From positions 885-64,884 of IMG/VR virus record IMGVR_UViG_2926528486_000004: a stretch of 64,000 nucleotides of DNA. The stretch is one strand, 5' to 3'. Numbering within the stretch: position 1 is the first letter of the stretch; the number at the start of each line of letters is the position of its first letter. Shown one piece after another: positions 44,875 through 53,663 of the stretch. The notes below the pieces were generated by a model. It was not told the DNA's origin. It was given only the letters and a program-made list of their open reading frames with translations, and ran no database searches. The DNA comes from a virus (lineage: Duplodnaviria > Caudoviricetes). A program made the position numbers and the translations under genes.

Positions 44875-47052
44875 TTATTCGTCCTCCCCTTCGTACCAAT
44901 CATCTTCGCTAACTTTTCCTAGCCATCTTTCAGGATTTAACTCGACGTCACAACGTACAGGAACAATCAATTTAACGGCCTTTTCCATAGTCTCCTTGAT
45001 AAGAGTCAAATTTTCGCGACTAATATCTTTCGGACAATCGAAAAGTAATTCGTCATGAACCTGTAGTAGAATGTGCGTATCTAGTGACGAGAGCACTGGT
45101 TGCAAGTCGACGACTGCTTTTTTTAGAATCGTTCCTGCGCTCTCTTGTATCGGAAAGTTGCCTGCTTGTCTGTCGGCGCGAAAATGATGGTATCTATCTT
45201 TCGATTTGTAGTCCGTGTGAAGTCGGCGCTTCCTACCGAAAATGCCGGTCACATATCCTTGCTTGCGGGCTATGCGTTTCTGTTCGTCCATATAGCGCTC
45301 TATGCCCGGATATCCTTTGAAGTAATTATCGATGATGATTTGCGCTTCTTTCTTCGTAATTTCAAGCGTGTTCGAAAGCCCGCCGGCACTCATCCCATAT
45401 ACAATTCCGAAGTTAACTACCTTCGCCTGCTTACGCAGCTTCTGTTGCTCGGAGCCATCCGTGTCTTTGGCTGCTTCTATATCCTCGTAAGTGTATTTTC
45501 CTGCACTGATCATCGCCGCTGTTGTCGAGTGAATATCACGATTTTCGAAAAACGCTTTAATGAGTTCCTTTTCGTTAGCCATATGCGCCAAAACCCTTAG
45601 TTCAATTTGCGAATAGTCGATAGAAACTAAGATACGGTCATTGTCCGTTGCTAAAAATAACTGCCTCACTTCGGGACGTTTTGCCGGTATCTGCTGCGTG
45701 TTTGGATCCTTGCAAGTAAATCGGCCAGTCGCTGCTCCCCACGTATTGTGCCAAGGGTGAATCTTACCGTCGCTCTTTACTTCGTGAGGGAGTTTTTGCG
45801 TAAATGATTCTCGAAGCTTTCCTAACCCGCGATTCTCAAGTAACAACGGTATTACTGGATGACTGTTTTTAATACGCTTCAATACCTTTGCAGCCGTCGA
45901 CCCTTTCGCTAAGTCAGGCACCTCCAACTCGACGAACAGCTTCTTCTTTAATTGCGTCGGACTATTCAAGTTGATTTCTGCGCCGAGATATCTGTGTATC
46001 TTGCTCATTAATTCCGCCTGCTCAGTAGCAAATTGTGCGTCCAGCTTTGCCGCTGCTTCCGAATCAAATCGAATACCTCGCACGTCGGACTTTATAAACT
46101 GTCGGCATACCGGCATTTCTATCTCGTAAAATAGCTGTTTGATTTCTTGCAGGTCAGGACGCTTGTCATACCACTTGGATATCCAATCGAATAATGCAAG
46201 CGTTTTTTCCGTATCTCCTGCCGCGTAAGGTAATGCAACTTCAAGTGAAATCGTATTAAACGCTGTTTTCGGAAATAACTCGTCGAAATTGTCGCTCGGC
46301 TGCTTTAACCAATCTGTGAGTAAGTTTTTCAACCGGTGATCGCGGTTCTCGTCCATCGACATCGCCATGATTCTCGTATCTGCATATAGTGCGTCCGTTA
46401 GATTTAAGCCGTATTTTACTTCGAACCACTTACAGTCGAACGGCGCATTATGCATAACGATTTTTGTAGTCATCAAAGGGACGGCAACTATACCGAGAAT
46501 ATCGTTTATGTCGCACTGATTTAACGCTGTCTTTTCCGTATGATTTAACGGTACATACCAACTTGCTTCTCGAGTTGAGACGGAGAATCCCGCAACGTTG
46601 CCGCGCCACGGGTCTAGTGCTCCGCCTTTCTCTCCAAAAGTTTCGCAGTCAAATGCGATGATATCTGCGGCATTTATAGCGTCAGCCATCTGCTGTAATT
46701 TATCGATTGAATCGACCAGCGTATAGTGTGAAGGAGTATTCGCCACAAGCTCCTTTAGTTTTGATTCGCGCCGCTCTTCCGCAAGTTGCTTATGCATCCG
46801 CAAAGCTTCCGCCTTGCTGAAACGCTTGGCAACTAGCGAAGGATTTCTGCCTAACAAACCCTTCGCCATTGCCGCCTTGACTTCGAACAACTTCGCCTGA
46901 TCAGCGTCGCTATTCTTCATCGCCAGTATTCGCACCCACGCCTCGTCAATCGTCTCAGTCGCCGCAACTTTCCGCTTTGAGACGGTCTGTACCGCCTTGA
47001 CCGACTCGCTCGGATCAGCTTGCGCAATGTTCAGCCGTAGTTTTGGCGCCAT
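44875..47052 (-). CDS. Family A DNA polymerase with 3'-5' exonuclease
   Basis: AFDCET, HNAPFD, YAAGD exo motifs; DYSQIELR, KVVNFGIVYG, QVHDEL. Confidence 0.95.
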   Translation of the reverse strand: MAPKLRLNIAQADPSESVKAVQTVSKRKVAATETIDEAWVRILAMKNSDADQAKLFEVKAAMAKGLLGRNPSLVAKRFSKAEALRMHKQLAEERRESKLKELVANTPSHYTLVDSIDKLQQMADAINAADIIAFDCETFGEKGGALDPWRGNVAGFSVSTREASWYVPLNHTEKTALNQCDINDILGIVAVPLMTTKIVMHNAPFDCKWFEVKYGLNLTDALYADTRIMAMSMDENRDHRLKNLLTDWLKQPSDNFDELFPKTAFNTISLEVALPYAAGDTEKTLALFDWISKWYDKRPDLQEIKQLFYEIEMPVCRQFIKSDVRGIRFDSEAAAKLDAQFATEQAELMSKIHRYLGAEINLNSPTQLKKKLFVELEVPDLAKGSTAAKVLKRIKNSHPVIPLLLENRGLGKLRESFTQKLPHEVKSDGKIHPWHNTWGAATGRFTCKDPNTQQIPAKRPEVRQLFLATDNDRILVSIDYSQIELRVLAHMANEKELIKAFFENRDIHSTTAAMISAGKYTYEDIEAAKDTDGSEQQKLRKQAKVVNFGIVYGMSAGGLSNTLEITKKEAQIIIDNYFKGYPGIERYMDEQKRIARKQGYVTGIFGRKRRLHTDYKSKDRYHHFRADRQAGNFPIQESAGTILKKAVVDLQPVLSSLDTHILLQVHDELLFDCPKDISRENLTLIKETMEKAVKLIVPVRCDVELNPERWLGKVSEDDWYEGEDE

Positions 47053-47066
47053 GAATATCGCCTCCT

Positions 47067-47252
47067 TTAAATCAATACTTTCCGCACGTTCAGTTTCCGA
47101 TAGAAATCGAATACGACTGATTCGCCCTCACCGACCGCCCACTCTCGCCAGCATTGCGCGTCACAAAACGTTAGGTCAGCGTGGTCGTCATCGAGGTGAA
47201 GCTTGCCGGGCCGGATTGGCGAGGAACATTTCGCACATTTATTCACGGTCAA
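47067..47252 (-). CDS. Small Zn-binding protein
   Basis: CAKC...FCDAQC. Confidence 0.6.
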   Translation of the reverse strand: MTVNKCAKCSSPIRPGKLHLDDDHADLTFCDAQCWREWAVGEGESVVFDFYRKLNVRKVLI

Positions 47253-48282
47253 AACGGCTTTCTACTGGCGTGACTAACACGACTTTATCTAAATCAACCC
47301 TTCGAGATTCAAACGAAACTTTACCTGTGATTATTTCATCTGCGGCTAACACGGTAAACTCTGCGGCACCATTTTCGCTATGAACGATATCGCCTTTCTT
47401 GAACTCACTAGGCTTGCGTCCAATGCTCGCCCATTTTGCTTCGATTTCAGCTTGCTCAGTTTGACGCTTGGCTTCCGCAACTTCTTCGTCGGTTGCGCGG
47501 ACTAGTTCTGATGCGTTAAAAAGGGTAGAGCCGCTTTCATCTCCAGGCTTTGTACACTTGAAATCGTAACAGCCACCGGTATTATCATGCAATTTAACTA
47601 TGTCGCCTGCTCCAGCGTATCCATCATGACTGACATGTGGGGCAACCTTCGCGTAGTCGCCAACCTTTAACGGCTCGCTTTTCGCAACTGGTTCGTAAAC
47701 TTTGACGTTATCCTGCGTGCGGTCGTACATCTCGTTGTAAAGTCTGTAATGCTTACCGTTGTTTCCGTACGCAGTTACTTTTACGTCATCAAACTCGTCA
47801 GCCACCTCATACATTTTACCTTCTTCGAAATACGGGCTTCCTCCGCCTTTAGGAATAATCACGACATCGCCCGGTTGTGCTTTACGGTCAACTAGCGTAT
47901 ACTCTGCGCCATTGTGATTAATGATTTCCGCAGTCTTCTCCTCGCCTTCAAGCGATGCAACTTTCGTTTCTAGTACGGATACGCGTTCGTCTAGGGTTGG
48001 CGCGGCCTGTTTGCGGAATAGTTCGTAAGATCCGTCATAATAATTACTATCGTACTCATTTCTATCGTCTGAAATACGAGGATTAATGTCCGACAACGCT
48101 TCACAAGTGTAAAACATACCCTCTGTCGAGTGAACCCACGAATCATCCGTAATTAATACTAAGTCACCAACCTCCGCAACTCCATTTACGTCAACCTTCG
48201 CGTAAACCTCTCCGCCATACTCAACCTTCGTAATTTCACCGTTTACCATATCGATAGTTTTAACGCCTTCTAATTTCGCCAT
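47239..48282 (-). CDS. Hypothetical protein with repeated SH3-like modules
   Basis: AEVGD/AQPGD/LKVGD/FKKGD repeats. Confidence 0.6.
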   Translation of the reverse strand: MAKLEGVKTIDMVNGEITKVEYGGEVYAKVDVNGVAEVGDLVLITDDSWVHSTEGMFYTCEALSDINPRISDDRNEYDSNYYDGSYELFRKQAAPTLDERVSVLETKVASLEGEEKTAEIINHNGAEYTLVDRKAQPGDVVIIPKGGGSPYFEEGKMYEVADEFDDVKVTAYGNNGKHYRLYNEMYDRTQDNVKVYEPVAKSEPLKVGDYAKVAPHVSHDGYAGAGDIVKLHDNTGGCYDFKCTKPGDESGSTLFNASELVRATDEEVAEAKRQTEQAEIEAKWASIGRKPSEFKKGDIVHSENGAAEFTVLAADEIITGKVSFESRRVDLDKVVLVTPVESRFDRE

Positions 48283-48424
48283 TTATCGTTTCCTCCTTCG
48301 TTTAATAGGAATACTGCCGCAGCCGTCAACGTAAGCGATGCGACAATGTAAAAGCCACGTACCATTAATCCGATTGACACTAGCGCCAGCAATATCGTCA
48401 GCCCTGCGAAGAATAGGCGGGCCA

Positions 48425-48844
48425 TCATGCGCTTGTTGCCTCGAATACCCCGCGATCCAATGCGATTGACAATTCGACCCAACGTTGACTAGCGCGCGCT
48501 TCCGTTGCCCAATATTCTTGCAGGCCGCGGTTCTCCAAGAGCCATACGCGAGGCATTTCGCCGTTCTCTCCCAAGACGCCAATGATATAATCCGCGTCGG
48601 ACTGAGAATACGCTTTGCCTTGACCGTTTCTAGCGTAAATCACCAGCTCACCTCGTCGGTCATCGCGTTTACGAATCGTTTTTACCTGGAATGTTTTCCA
48701 GTCTCCAGTCAATGGGTCGCGTGCGCTGACATCGAAAGATTCTTCTGTTTCGGATGTGCTAACGGCAGACCACCCGTTGGCGAGTAGCGCTGCCCTAGCG
48801 ATTAATTCCGAATATTTACCTACTGATTCGGTTGTATATGCCAT
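48425..48844 (-). CDS. PD-(D/E)XK endonuclease-like protein
   Basis: GKYSELIA...FDV...TFQVKT...Y....ADY. Confidence 0.7.
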   Translation of the reverse strand: MAYTTESVGKYSELIARAALLANGWSAVSTSETEESFDVSARDPLTGDWKTFQVKTIRKRDDRRGELVIYARNGQGKAYSQSDADYIIGVLGENGEMPRVWLLENRGLQEYWATEARASQRWVELSIALDRGVFEATSA

Positions 48845-48858
48845 CTATTCCGCCCCCT

Positions 48859-49638
48859 TTAAAATGGTAAGTCTTCCTCGTCGCCGATGTTCGCCGTGTC
48901 TGCTGCCGATTCGCTTCCGCCAATGCTCAAGCCGATAAGCGTAATGTCAAAGCCTGCCGCGACAAGGTTTTCGATTTGCTGCTTTTCGTCAGCTTCGAAT
49001 AGAAGTCCGTCGAACAACGTCATATCGAACTCTTTGCCGTCAACCTTTTCAAAATTAGCTCGCTCTGCGTCAGTTAAATCTTCGTCCATATCGATAACTG
49101 GCGATAGGCTTACGACGGTCGAAGTACTGCTGCCCGCTTTCGTTAACTCAAACGCCAACTTGCCGAGTTTCTTTTCGTACTTCTTGATGACTGCCGCAAC
49201 GCCTTGCGCCTGTTTACGGCTCAGGTCGACGATGATCGGCTCGCCTGTCGCAAGGTCAATGAATCCTAGCGCAAATCTTTCCTTCGCACGATACTTACCA
49301 GCTTCCGCCTTGTACTCATCAACTTTCGTTTGATTACCCGCATCCTCCGCTTTCTTTTTAAGGTCAGCGTAGTATTTTGACGCGAGGTCCCACGGCGTGA
49401 AGTTTGATTCCGCAAAGCCTCTAGCATTCTTGACCGAAGGATTTTTCGCTACGAAAGAATTAACTTTCTTAAAGATTCCGTAACTGTAAAACTTGATGAG
49501 GTCAGCCGTCCCTAACGCGCGAACCTTGTAGGTAGTGCCCGACTTAAAACTTGCGAATTCCGCGCTACTGTTGCCACCTCCGTCGTTTGTTGCGTTAAGT
49601 GCGTTTAGAGCGTCAGCTCCGGATACAAATTGACTCAT
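48859..49638 (-). CDS. Single-stranded DNA-binding protein
   Basis: Acidic C-terminus ...GDEEDLPF; position in replication operon. Confidence 0.7.
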   Translation of the reverse strand: MSQFVSGADALNALNATNDGGGNSSAEFASFKSGTTYKVRALGTADLIKFYSYGIFKKVNSFVAKNPSVKNARGFAESNFTPWDLASKYYADLKKKAEDAGNQTKVDEYKAEAGKYRAKERFALGFIDLATGEPIIVDLSRKQAQGVAAVIKKYEKKLGKLAFELTKAGSSTSTVVSLSPVIDMDEDLTDAERANFEKVDGKEFDMTLFDGLLFEADEKQQIENLVAAGFDITLIGLSIGGSESAADTANIGDEEDLPF

Positions 49639-49650
49639 TCATTTTCCTCC

Positions 49651-50029
49651 TTGCTTTCGCAAATATTTTCGAACACCGGATTGATTCCCGCGCCCGCTAC
49701 AACACCCAGCCTGCCTAGAGCTTCCGTAATTCGAAAGCGACTCGATGCTGTAGCCGACGAAGGTTGCCCGCCTGACAGCTAATGAAAGCCTATCGCCAGT
49801 CGACCCAGCCAGCCGAGCCATAACGGTTCCGAACGCAGTCCCTTGTCGGCACAAGTGGCGATATTTCCTTCGCCTATGACTGCGACCGCCTACGCCCGCC
49901 GTTAAATACCGAATAGTAACGGAAACTGTACCAGCGCTCGGCGGGTCGTATGACCGTTTTAGCACAGCGACCATCTTACTTAACCGCTACCTCGATATTC
50001 ACCGGCGGACGCAAGCGCTTGCCGACACA
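49651..50029 (-). ncRNA. Candidate large structured RNA upstream of ssb
   Basis: GC-rich gap with about ten nested helices and GNRA tetraloops (see findings). Confidence 0.6.
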
Positions 50030-50134
50030 TTACTTCGCTTTAGTTGCGTCATACGCCGTTCCATAAAACGCAATATACTTCGCAATCATTTGCTTACGCT
50101 TGATATCCGCCAGGCTAACGACTTTCGCGCTCAT
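50030..50134 (-). CDS. 34-aa hypothetical microprotein
   Basis: MSAKVVSLADIKRKQMIAKYIAFYGTAYDATKAK*; ATGA-coupled to upstream ORF. Confidence 0.45.
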   Translation of the reverse strand: MSAKVVSLADIKRKQMIAKYIAFYGTAYDATKAK

Positions 50135-50214
50135 TCTTCGCCACTCGCTTGCCATACGGCGTTTACAATTCCGATAATTAAGATTCCGCCAACTACCCAA
50201 ACTAGCTCCGTCAT
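50131..50214 (-). CDS. 27-aa hydrophobic microprotein
   Basis: MTELVWVVGGILIIGIVNAVWQASGEE*; ATGA overlaps at both ends. Confidence 0.5.
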   Translation of the reverse strand: MTELVWVVGGILIIGIVNAVWQASGEE

Positions 50215-50750
50215 AAATATGCAGCCGCCCCTTCTTTAATCGCGTTAAATGATTTCGTTGCTTCGTCTAACTCGAATTGTATGCGTCCTGCCTTCGTTTC
50301 GACTTCCGATATCTTTTCCACCAAGTTAGTTCGAACCTTTGGCGATTTAGCTTTCGCGAAGTTCAGTCGCAGCGTTGCAAGTTCGAGATTAAACTCGGCA
50401 AGCTCGATTGACAGCGTTCGTTCCTTGCGTTTAAATTCGCGTTCCGATTTCGCGAACTTGCGCTTAATCAGTTGCGATATTTCATCGATATAAGGAAGCG
50501 TTGGCTGCGGTGTGATAGCTTCTTCCGGAAATTTATAAACCGTAATAATATGGTTGTCTTCTACGAAAATACGGGTTCGCGACTTGTGATGATCGTATAT
50601 TTTTCGGACGCTGCCTTGGTCCTGCGTTTCCCCTTGATAGAAAGCCGTCTGCATTAGCTGGTTTAAGTGATGCGCTGCGTTCTTGCGTGAAATGCCCAAA
50701 CGTTCATACGCTCGTTCGATTGCGTGCTTTGTGACGATATAATTTCTCAT
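50211..50750 (-). CDS. Hypothetical protein (T.HA.ER N-terminal domain + coiled coil)
   Basis: VTKHAIERAYERLG...IITVY pattern. Confidence 0.65.
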   Translation of the reverse strand: MRNYIVTKHAIERAYERLGISRKNAAHHLNQLMQTAFYQGETQDQGSVRKIYDHHKSRTRIFVEDNHIITVYKFPEEAITPQPTLPYIDEISQLIKRKFAKSEREFKRKERTLSIELAEFNLELATLRLNFAKAKSPKVRTNLVEKISEVETKAGRIQFELDEATKSFNAIKEGAAAYL

Positions 50751-50917
50751 CCGAGACGCACCGCCTTTATGCTCGGCAACAGGTCCGACATTGATTCCGT
50801 GGTGTCTGCGTCATAGTTGCGAACACCATCGTGCTTAATTCGTTCAATTTTTCGTTCGAACGAGGTTTTATTTTCCTCCGTTTGGGCATACTCATTAATA
50901 AAGTGATTAGAGAACAT
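50747..50917 (-). CDS. 56-aa hypothetical protein (not in ORF track)
   Basis: GGAGG RBS; MFSNHFINEYAQ...VRLG*; ATGA overlap. Confidence 0.55.
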   Translation of the reverse strand: MFSNHFINEYAQTEENKTSFERKIERIKHDGVRNYDADTTESMSDLLPSIKAVRLG

Positions 50918-51060
50918 CTTGACCGACCTCCACTTGCGAAATTTGTCGAACTGGTGTAGAATTACTTTTGTGTAAAGACACTATACGTAAAAGCGTATAA
51001 TGCCTTATAATGTAAATAACGGAATGAGACGTAATGCCTATTCGCCTCACTCCGCTAATT

Positions 51061-51729
51061 TTAAAGCGCAACAAGGTAATCGGAGTAATCTCCGTATTTC
51101 TTTGAATCGAATTTGCCCGCCAGGCGTTCGAACTTGTGCGAAACTGTCCGTTTATCTATACCGAGTCTTTCTGCTACAAATTTTTGTAGTGATATCGGCC
51201 TGCCAGCCGATTTGTTTGACTCGTAGGTAAGTGCGATGCTGACTAATGCCGTAGTCTCGTCGCAGCTATCGGATAAGAAAGAGTCGATCAGCTCTAACTG
51301 GTCGGCTTTTTTCTTTGAAAATATTTCATCCTCTAAATTTAATTCGCTGGGAATTAAAGATATTTCATCATCCAATTCACCATCAAGGTAATTCGGGTTG
51401 TACGTTTCAAGCTTACGCTTCCGCTTTGATTTCCTATAAATGTCAGTACGCCGACGCTTCCAGAGTAACTTGAAATAACAAGGCTTTCCTGGTCGATTTA
51501 CAAAATCAATCGAGCCATCATAATTATTAACTGCATTTAGTATAGTAAAATTAAACTCCGATATAACATCATTAACATCTGTCTTTAATTGATCAGCGTG
51601 GTATTGAAAGTAAGGTTTGCCGTCCTTACTACCAGCCACTGTTGAATAAATGACTCTATAAATCTCTTCAAATGATGAGTCAGTTCGTTCTTCACGATAT
51701 TCCATTATTAAGTTTTTTATACTTTTCAC
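51061..51729 (-). CDS. Phage sigma-70-like transcription factor
   Basis: Region-2-like DVISEFNFTILNAVNNYD...F, C-terminal HTH VAERLGIDKRTV; GTG start after AAAGGGG. Confidence 0.6.
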   Translation of the reverse strand: MKSIKNLIMEYREERTDSSFEEIYRVIYSTVAGSKDGKPYFQYHADQLKTDVNDVISEFNFTILNAVNNYDGSIDFVNRPGKPCYFKLLWKRRRTDIYRKSKRKRKLETYNPNYLDGELDDEISLIPSELNLEDEIFSKKKADQLELIDSFLSDSCDETTALVSIALTYESNKSAGRPISLQKFVAERLGIDKRTVSHKFERLAGKFDSKKYGDYSDYLVAL

Positions 51730-51899
51730 GTGTAATTTTCCCCTTTCATTGTTTACAATAGGTGATACGTTCAACTTTTAATATCGAACATAAAAATAAA
51801 ATAAATATATATATATATATATTTTGCTTTTCGATATACTAATAATAACCAATAATAGTAATTTTTTATGTATTATTTACTATTCTTACAAATGAAAAA

Positions 51900-51919
51900 A
51901 TGTTCAATCATCTGAACAT
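51900..51919. promoter_or_regulatory. Operator-like palindrome ATGTTCA-N6-TGAACAT (copy 1)
   Basis: Identical arms recur at 53369-53388. Confidence 0.65.
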
Positions 51920-51925
51920 GAAGCG

Positions 51926-51959
51926 AAAAAAAAGAACACTGGGATCATTAGTGTTCTTT
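51926..51959 (-). terminator. Intrinsic terminator after aimP
   Basis: AAAGAACACT-N9-AGTGTTCTTT stem with T-run on minus strand. Confidence 0.8.
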
Positions 51960-51973
51960 CTTACAATTAGTAT

Positions 51974-52117
51974 TTAGTCACCCCCGATTCCACCGCCTCC
52001 TGGTGAAGCAACATTTATTGAATCACTTCCCTCGGTTACTGCTGCGGTAGCTTGTCCGGCTAGAAATCCAAATGTTAATGAAGTTACAATTAAAAAGGCT
52101 AGTACGATTTTTTTCAA
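51974..52117 (-). CDS. aimP: Arbitrium pro-peptide AimP (47 aa; not in ORF track)
   Basis: AAGGAG RBS overlapping aimR stop, TTG start; MKKIVLAFLIVTSLTFGFLAGQATAAVTEGSDSINVASPGGGGIGGD*: signal peptide plus Gly-rich C-terminal peptide. Confidence 0.88.
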   Translation of the reverse strand: MKKIVLAFLIVTSLTFGFLAGQATAAVTEGSDSINVASPGGGGIGGD

Positions 52118-52129
52118 TTTTCCATCTCC

Positions 52130-53290
52130 TTATGCGATATTTATATTGCACATTACAGTCGCAGAGAATATATATCCAGGGAATTTTTCTATCTCTCTTC
52201 TCGGTAGTTCAGCGAAAAATCTATCTCCTTTTTCTATAAAACTTGCTAATGATTGAAGTAATAAATGTGGATCTTCTTTGGCTATTCCAAGGTAACATAA
52301 TGCAAATGGATTTGTGCTGTGTTCTTCACGATCGTAAAAAATCTCATTAACTTTCTCATACTCCCCGATTCTCGCGTAATAATGCATTTTTTCTAGGTTA
52401 TCGCACGTTTCGTTTTCCGAAGAGGCTTGACCCCACAAAGTATTGACGAAAAAGATATCCAATACCGTAACCTCATTAATTAAGTCATTCCTCTCTTGTT
52501 GCTCAAGTAGCTTTTTATATGTCTCGAAGTACCTAAGACTTAATTCTCGGTTTTCGAAAACGTACGATGTTCCTAATAAGTGATACGTGTGTGCGGTGAA
52601 TTTTGAGCATAAAAATTTTGAATTAATTACATTATTTGCGTAAAAACGAGCTTTTTTTACATCCCCTCTTTGATACAGATATCCTCTTGCGAAAATCTCC
52701 GATAGTCTGGCGCTGTAACATTCCTTAATGTAGACGTTTTTTATTTTATCTATTTCTTTTTCTACTTCCTTTGCAATTTTAAACATAAAAGAGTACTCGC
52801 CCATCCTGTACAGGATATTTGACTTAAGAAGTAACGAAAAAACTCTTGTAGTGTGGTTTTTTGGCTTATACCTTTCTACCGTTTGAAGGATGGATTCTAA
52901 AGGTTTAGATTTTTTTTGGAAACTTAATGCAATACCATAAATCTCCGCCCAATCTTTGTTCTCTCTTGAAACGTTTTTTTGTAAGTCAATCATATTTTGA
53001 AGCAGTTGGAAGTTTCTTGTTGTTGAGGCGTATTCCATGAGGTGTCTACAATTTTGTCTATTCTCTGTCCTTACCATTTCCATTGCTACAATTTCAATTA
53101 ATTCATCTTCCCTTTCGGGGGCTAAGAACCTTATTGCAGATAAATAAAATCTAAAAGACAAATCAGAAGTATCATAATTAAACCATTTAGATATTGATGA
53201 GTCATCATAATTTATCGCACCTGCTAATTCTATATTAGTAACATCCTTGTCCGGTCTCTCCATCAATGTTCGGAATAACTTACGTAACAT
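52130..53290 (-). CDS. aimR: Arbitrium receptor AimR (HTH + TPR, RRNPP family)
   Basis: 386 aa; N-terminal HTH; LMEYAS...NKDWAEIY; KKARFYA...YHLLGTSYVFEN TPR pattern; followed by signal-peptide ORF. Confidence 0.88.
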   Translation of the reverse strand: MLRKLFRTLMERPDKDVTNIELAGAINYDDSSISKWFNYDTSDLSFRFYLSAIRFLAPEREDELIEIVAMEMVRTENRQNCRHLMEYASTTRNFQLLQNMIDLQKNVSRENKDWAEIYGIALSFQKKSKPLESILQTVERYKPKNHTTRVFSLLLKSNILYRMGEYSFMFKIAKEVEKEIDKIKNVYIKECYSARLSEIFARGYLYQRGDVKKARFYANNVINSKFLCSKFTAHTYHLLGTSYVFENRELSLRYFETYKKLLEQQERNDLINEVTVLDIFFVNTLWGQASSENETCDNLEKMHYYARIGEYEKVNEIFYDREEHSTNPFALCYLGIAKEDPHLLLQSLASFIEKGDRFFAELPRREIEKFPGYIFSATVMCNINIA

Positions 53291-53368
53291 GTTATATCTA
53301 CTCCTTAATTATATTTTAATTGATTATGGCTGACAAAGAATGTAATATTTAATATGATTATACATATA

Positions 53369-53388
53369 ATGTTCATATATGTGAACAT
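53369..53388. promoter_or_regulatory. Operator-like palindrome ATGTTCA-N6-TGAACAT (copy 2)
   Basis: In the divergent aimR / XRE intergenic region. Confidence 0.65.
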
Positions 53389-53422
53389 TTATTTTAAAAA
53401 TAGGAAAAAAGAGGTGAAAAAA

Positions 53423-53641
53423 GTGATTAGTTACGCTCCCTTGTTTAAGACCTTAGAGGAAAAAGAAATCGTCATAAGTAGTTTGCGTTCTAGAGGTATT
53501 CACCCAACAACAATTGCGAAGATTAACAAAAATGATTCTGTTTCATTACTTAAGATAGAAGAAATTTGCATAATACTTAACGTTCCAATCGAAAAAGTAG
53601 TTGAAATAAAGTTAGAAAGTGCCGATAAATATAATAAATAA
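53423..53641 (+). CDS. XRE (HTH_26)-family regulator
   Basis: GAGGTG RBS, GTG start; ISYAPLFKTL...TTIAKINKNDSVSL..IEEIC..L. Confidence 0.8.
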   Translation: MISYAPLFKTLEEKEIVISSLRSRGIHPTTIAKINKNDSVSLLKIEEICIILNVPIEKVVEIKLESADKYNK

Positions 53642-53663
53642 TTACATAATGAGGTGAGCCACT

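Noticed and set aside
39991-47052. Introns or inteins in nrdJ or the polymerase
   Set aside because: Both ORFs are continuous, of normal length, and lack splicing motifs
49639-49974. 111-aa minus-strand ORF upstream of ssb
   Set aside because: No RBS, Arg/Gly/Ser-rich composition unlike neighbouring genes, and the region is better explained by RNA structure
51805-51822. (AT)9 microsatellite as a phase-variation switch
   Set aside because: A single sequence gives no evidence of variability and the region is AT-rich anyway; noted only as context
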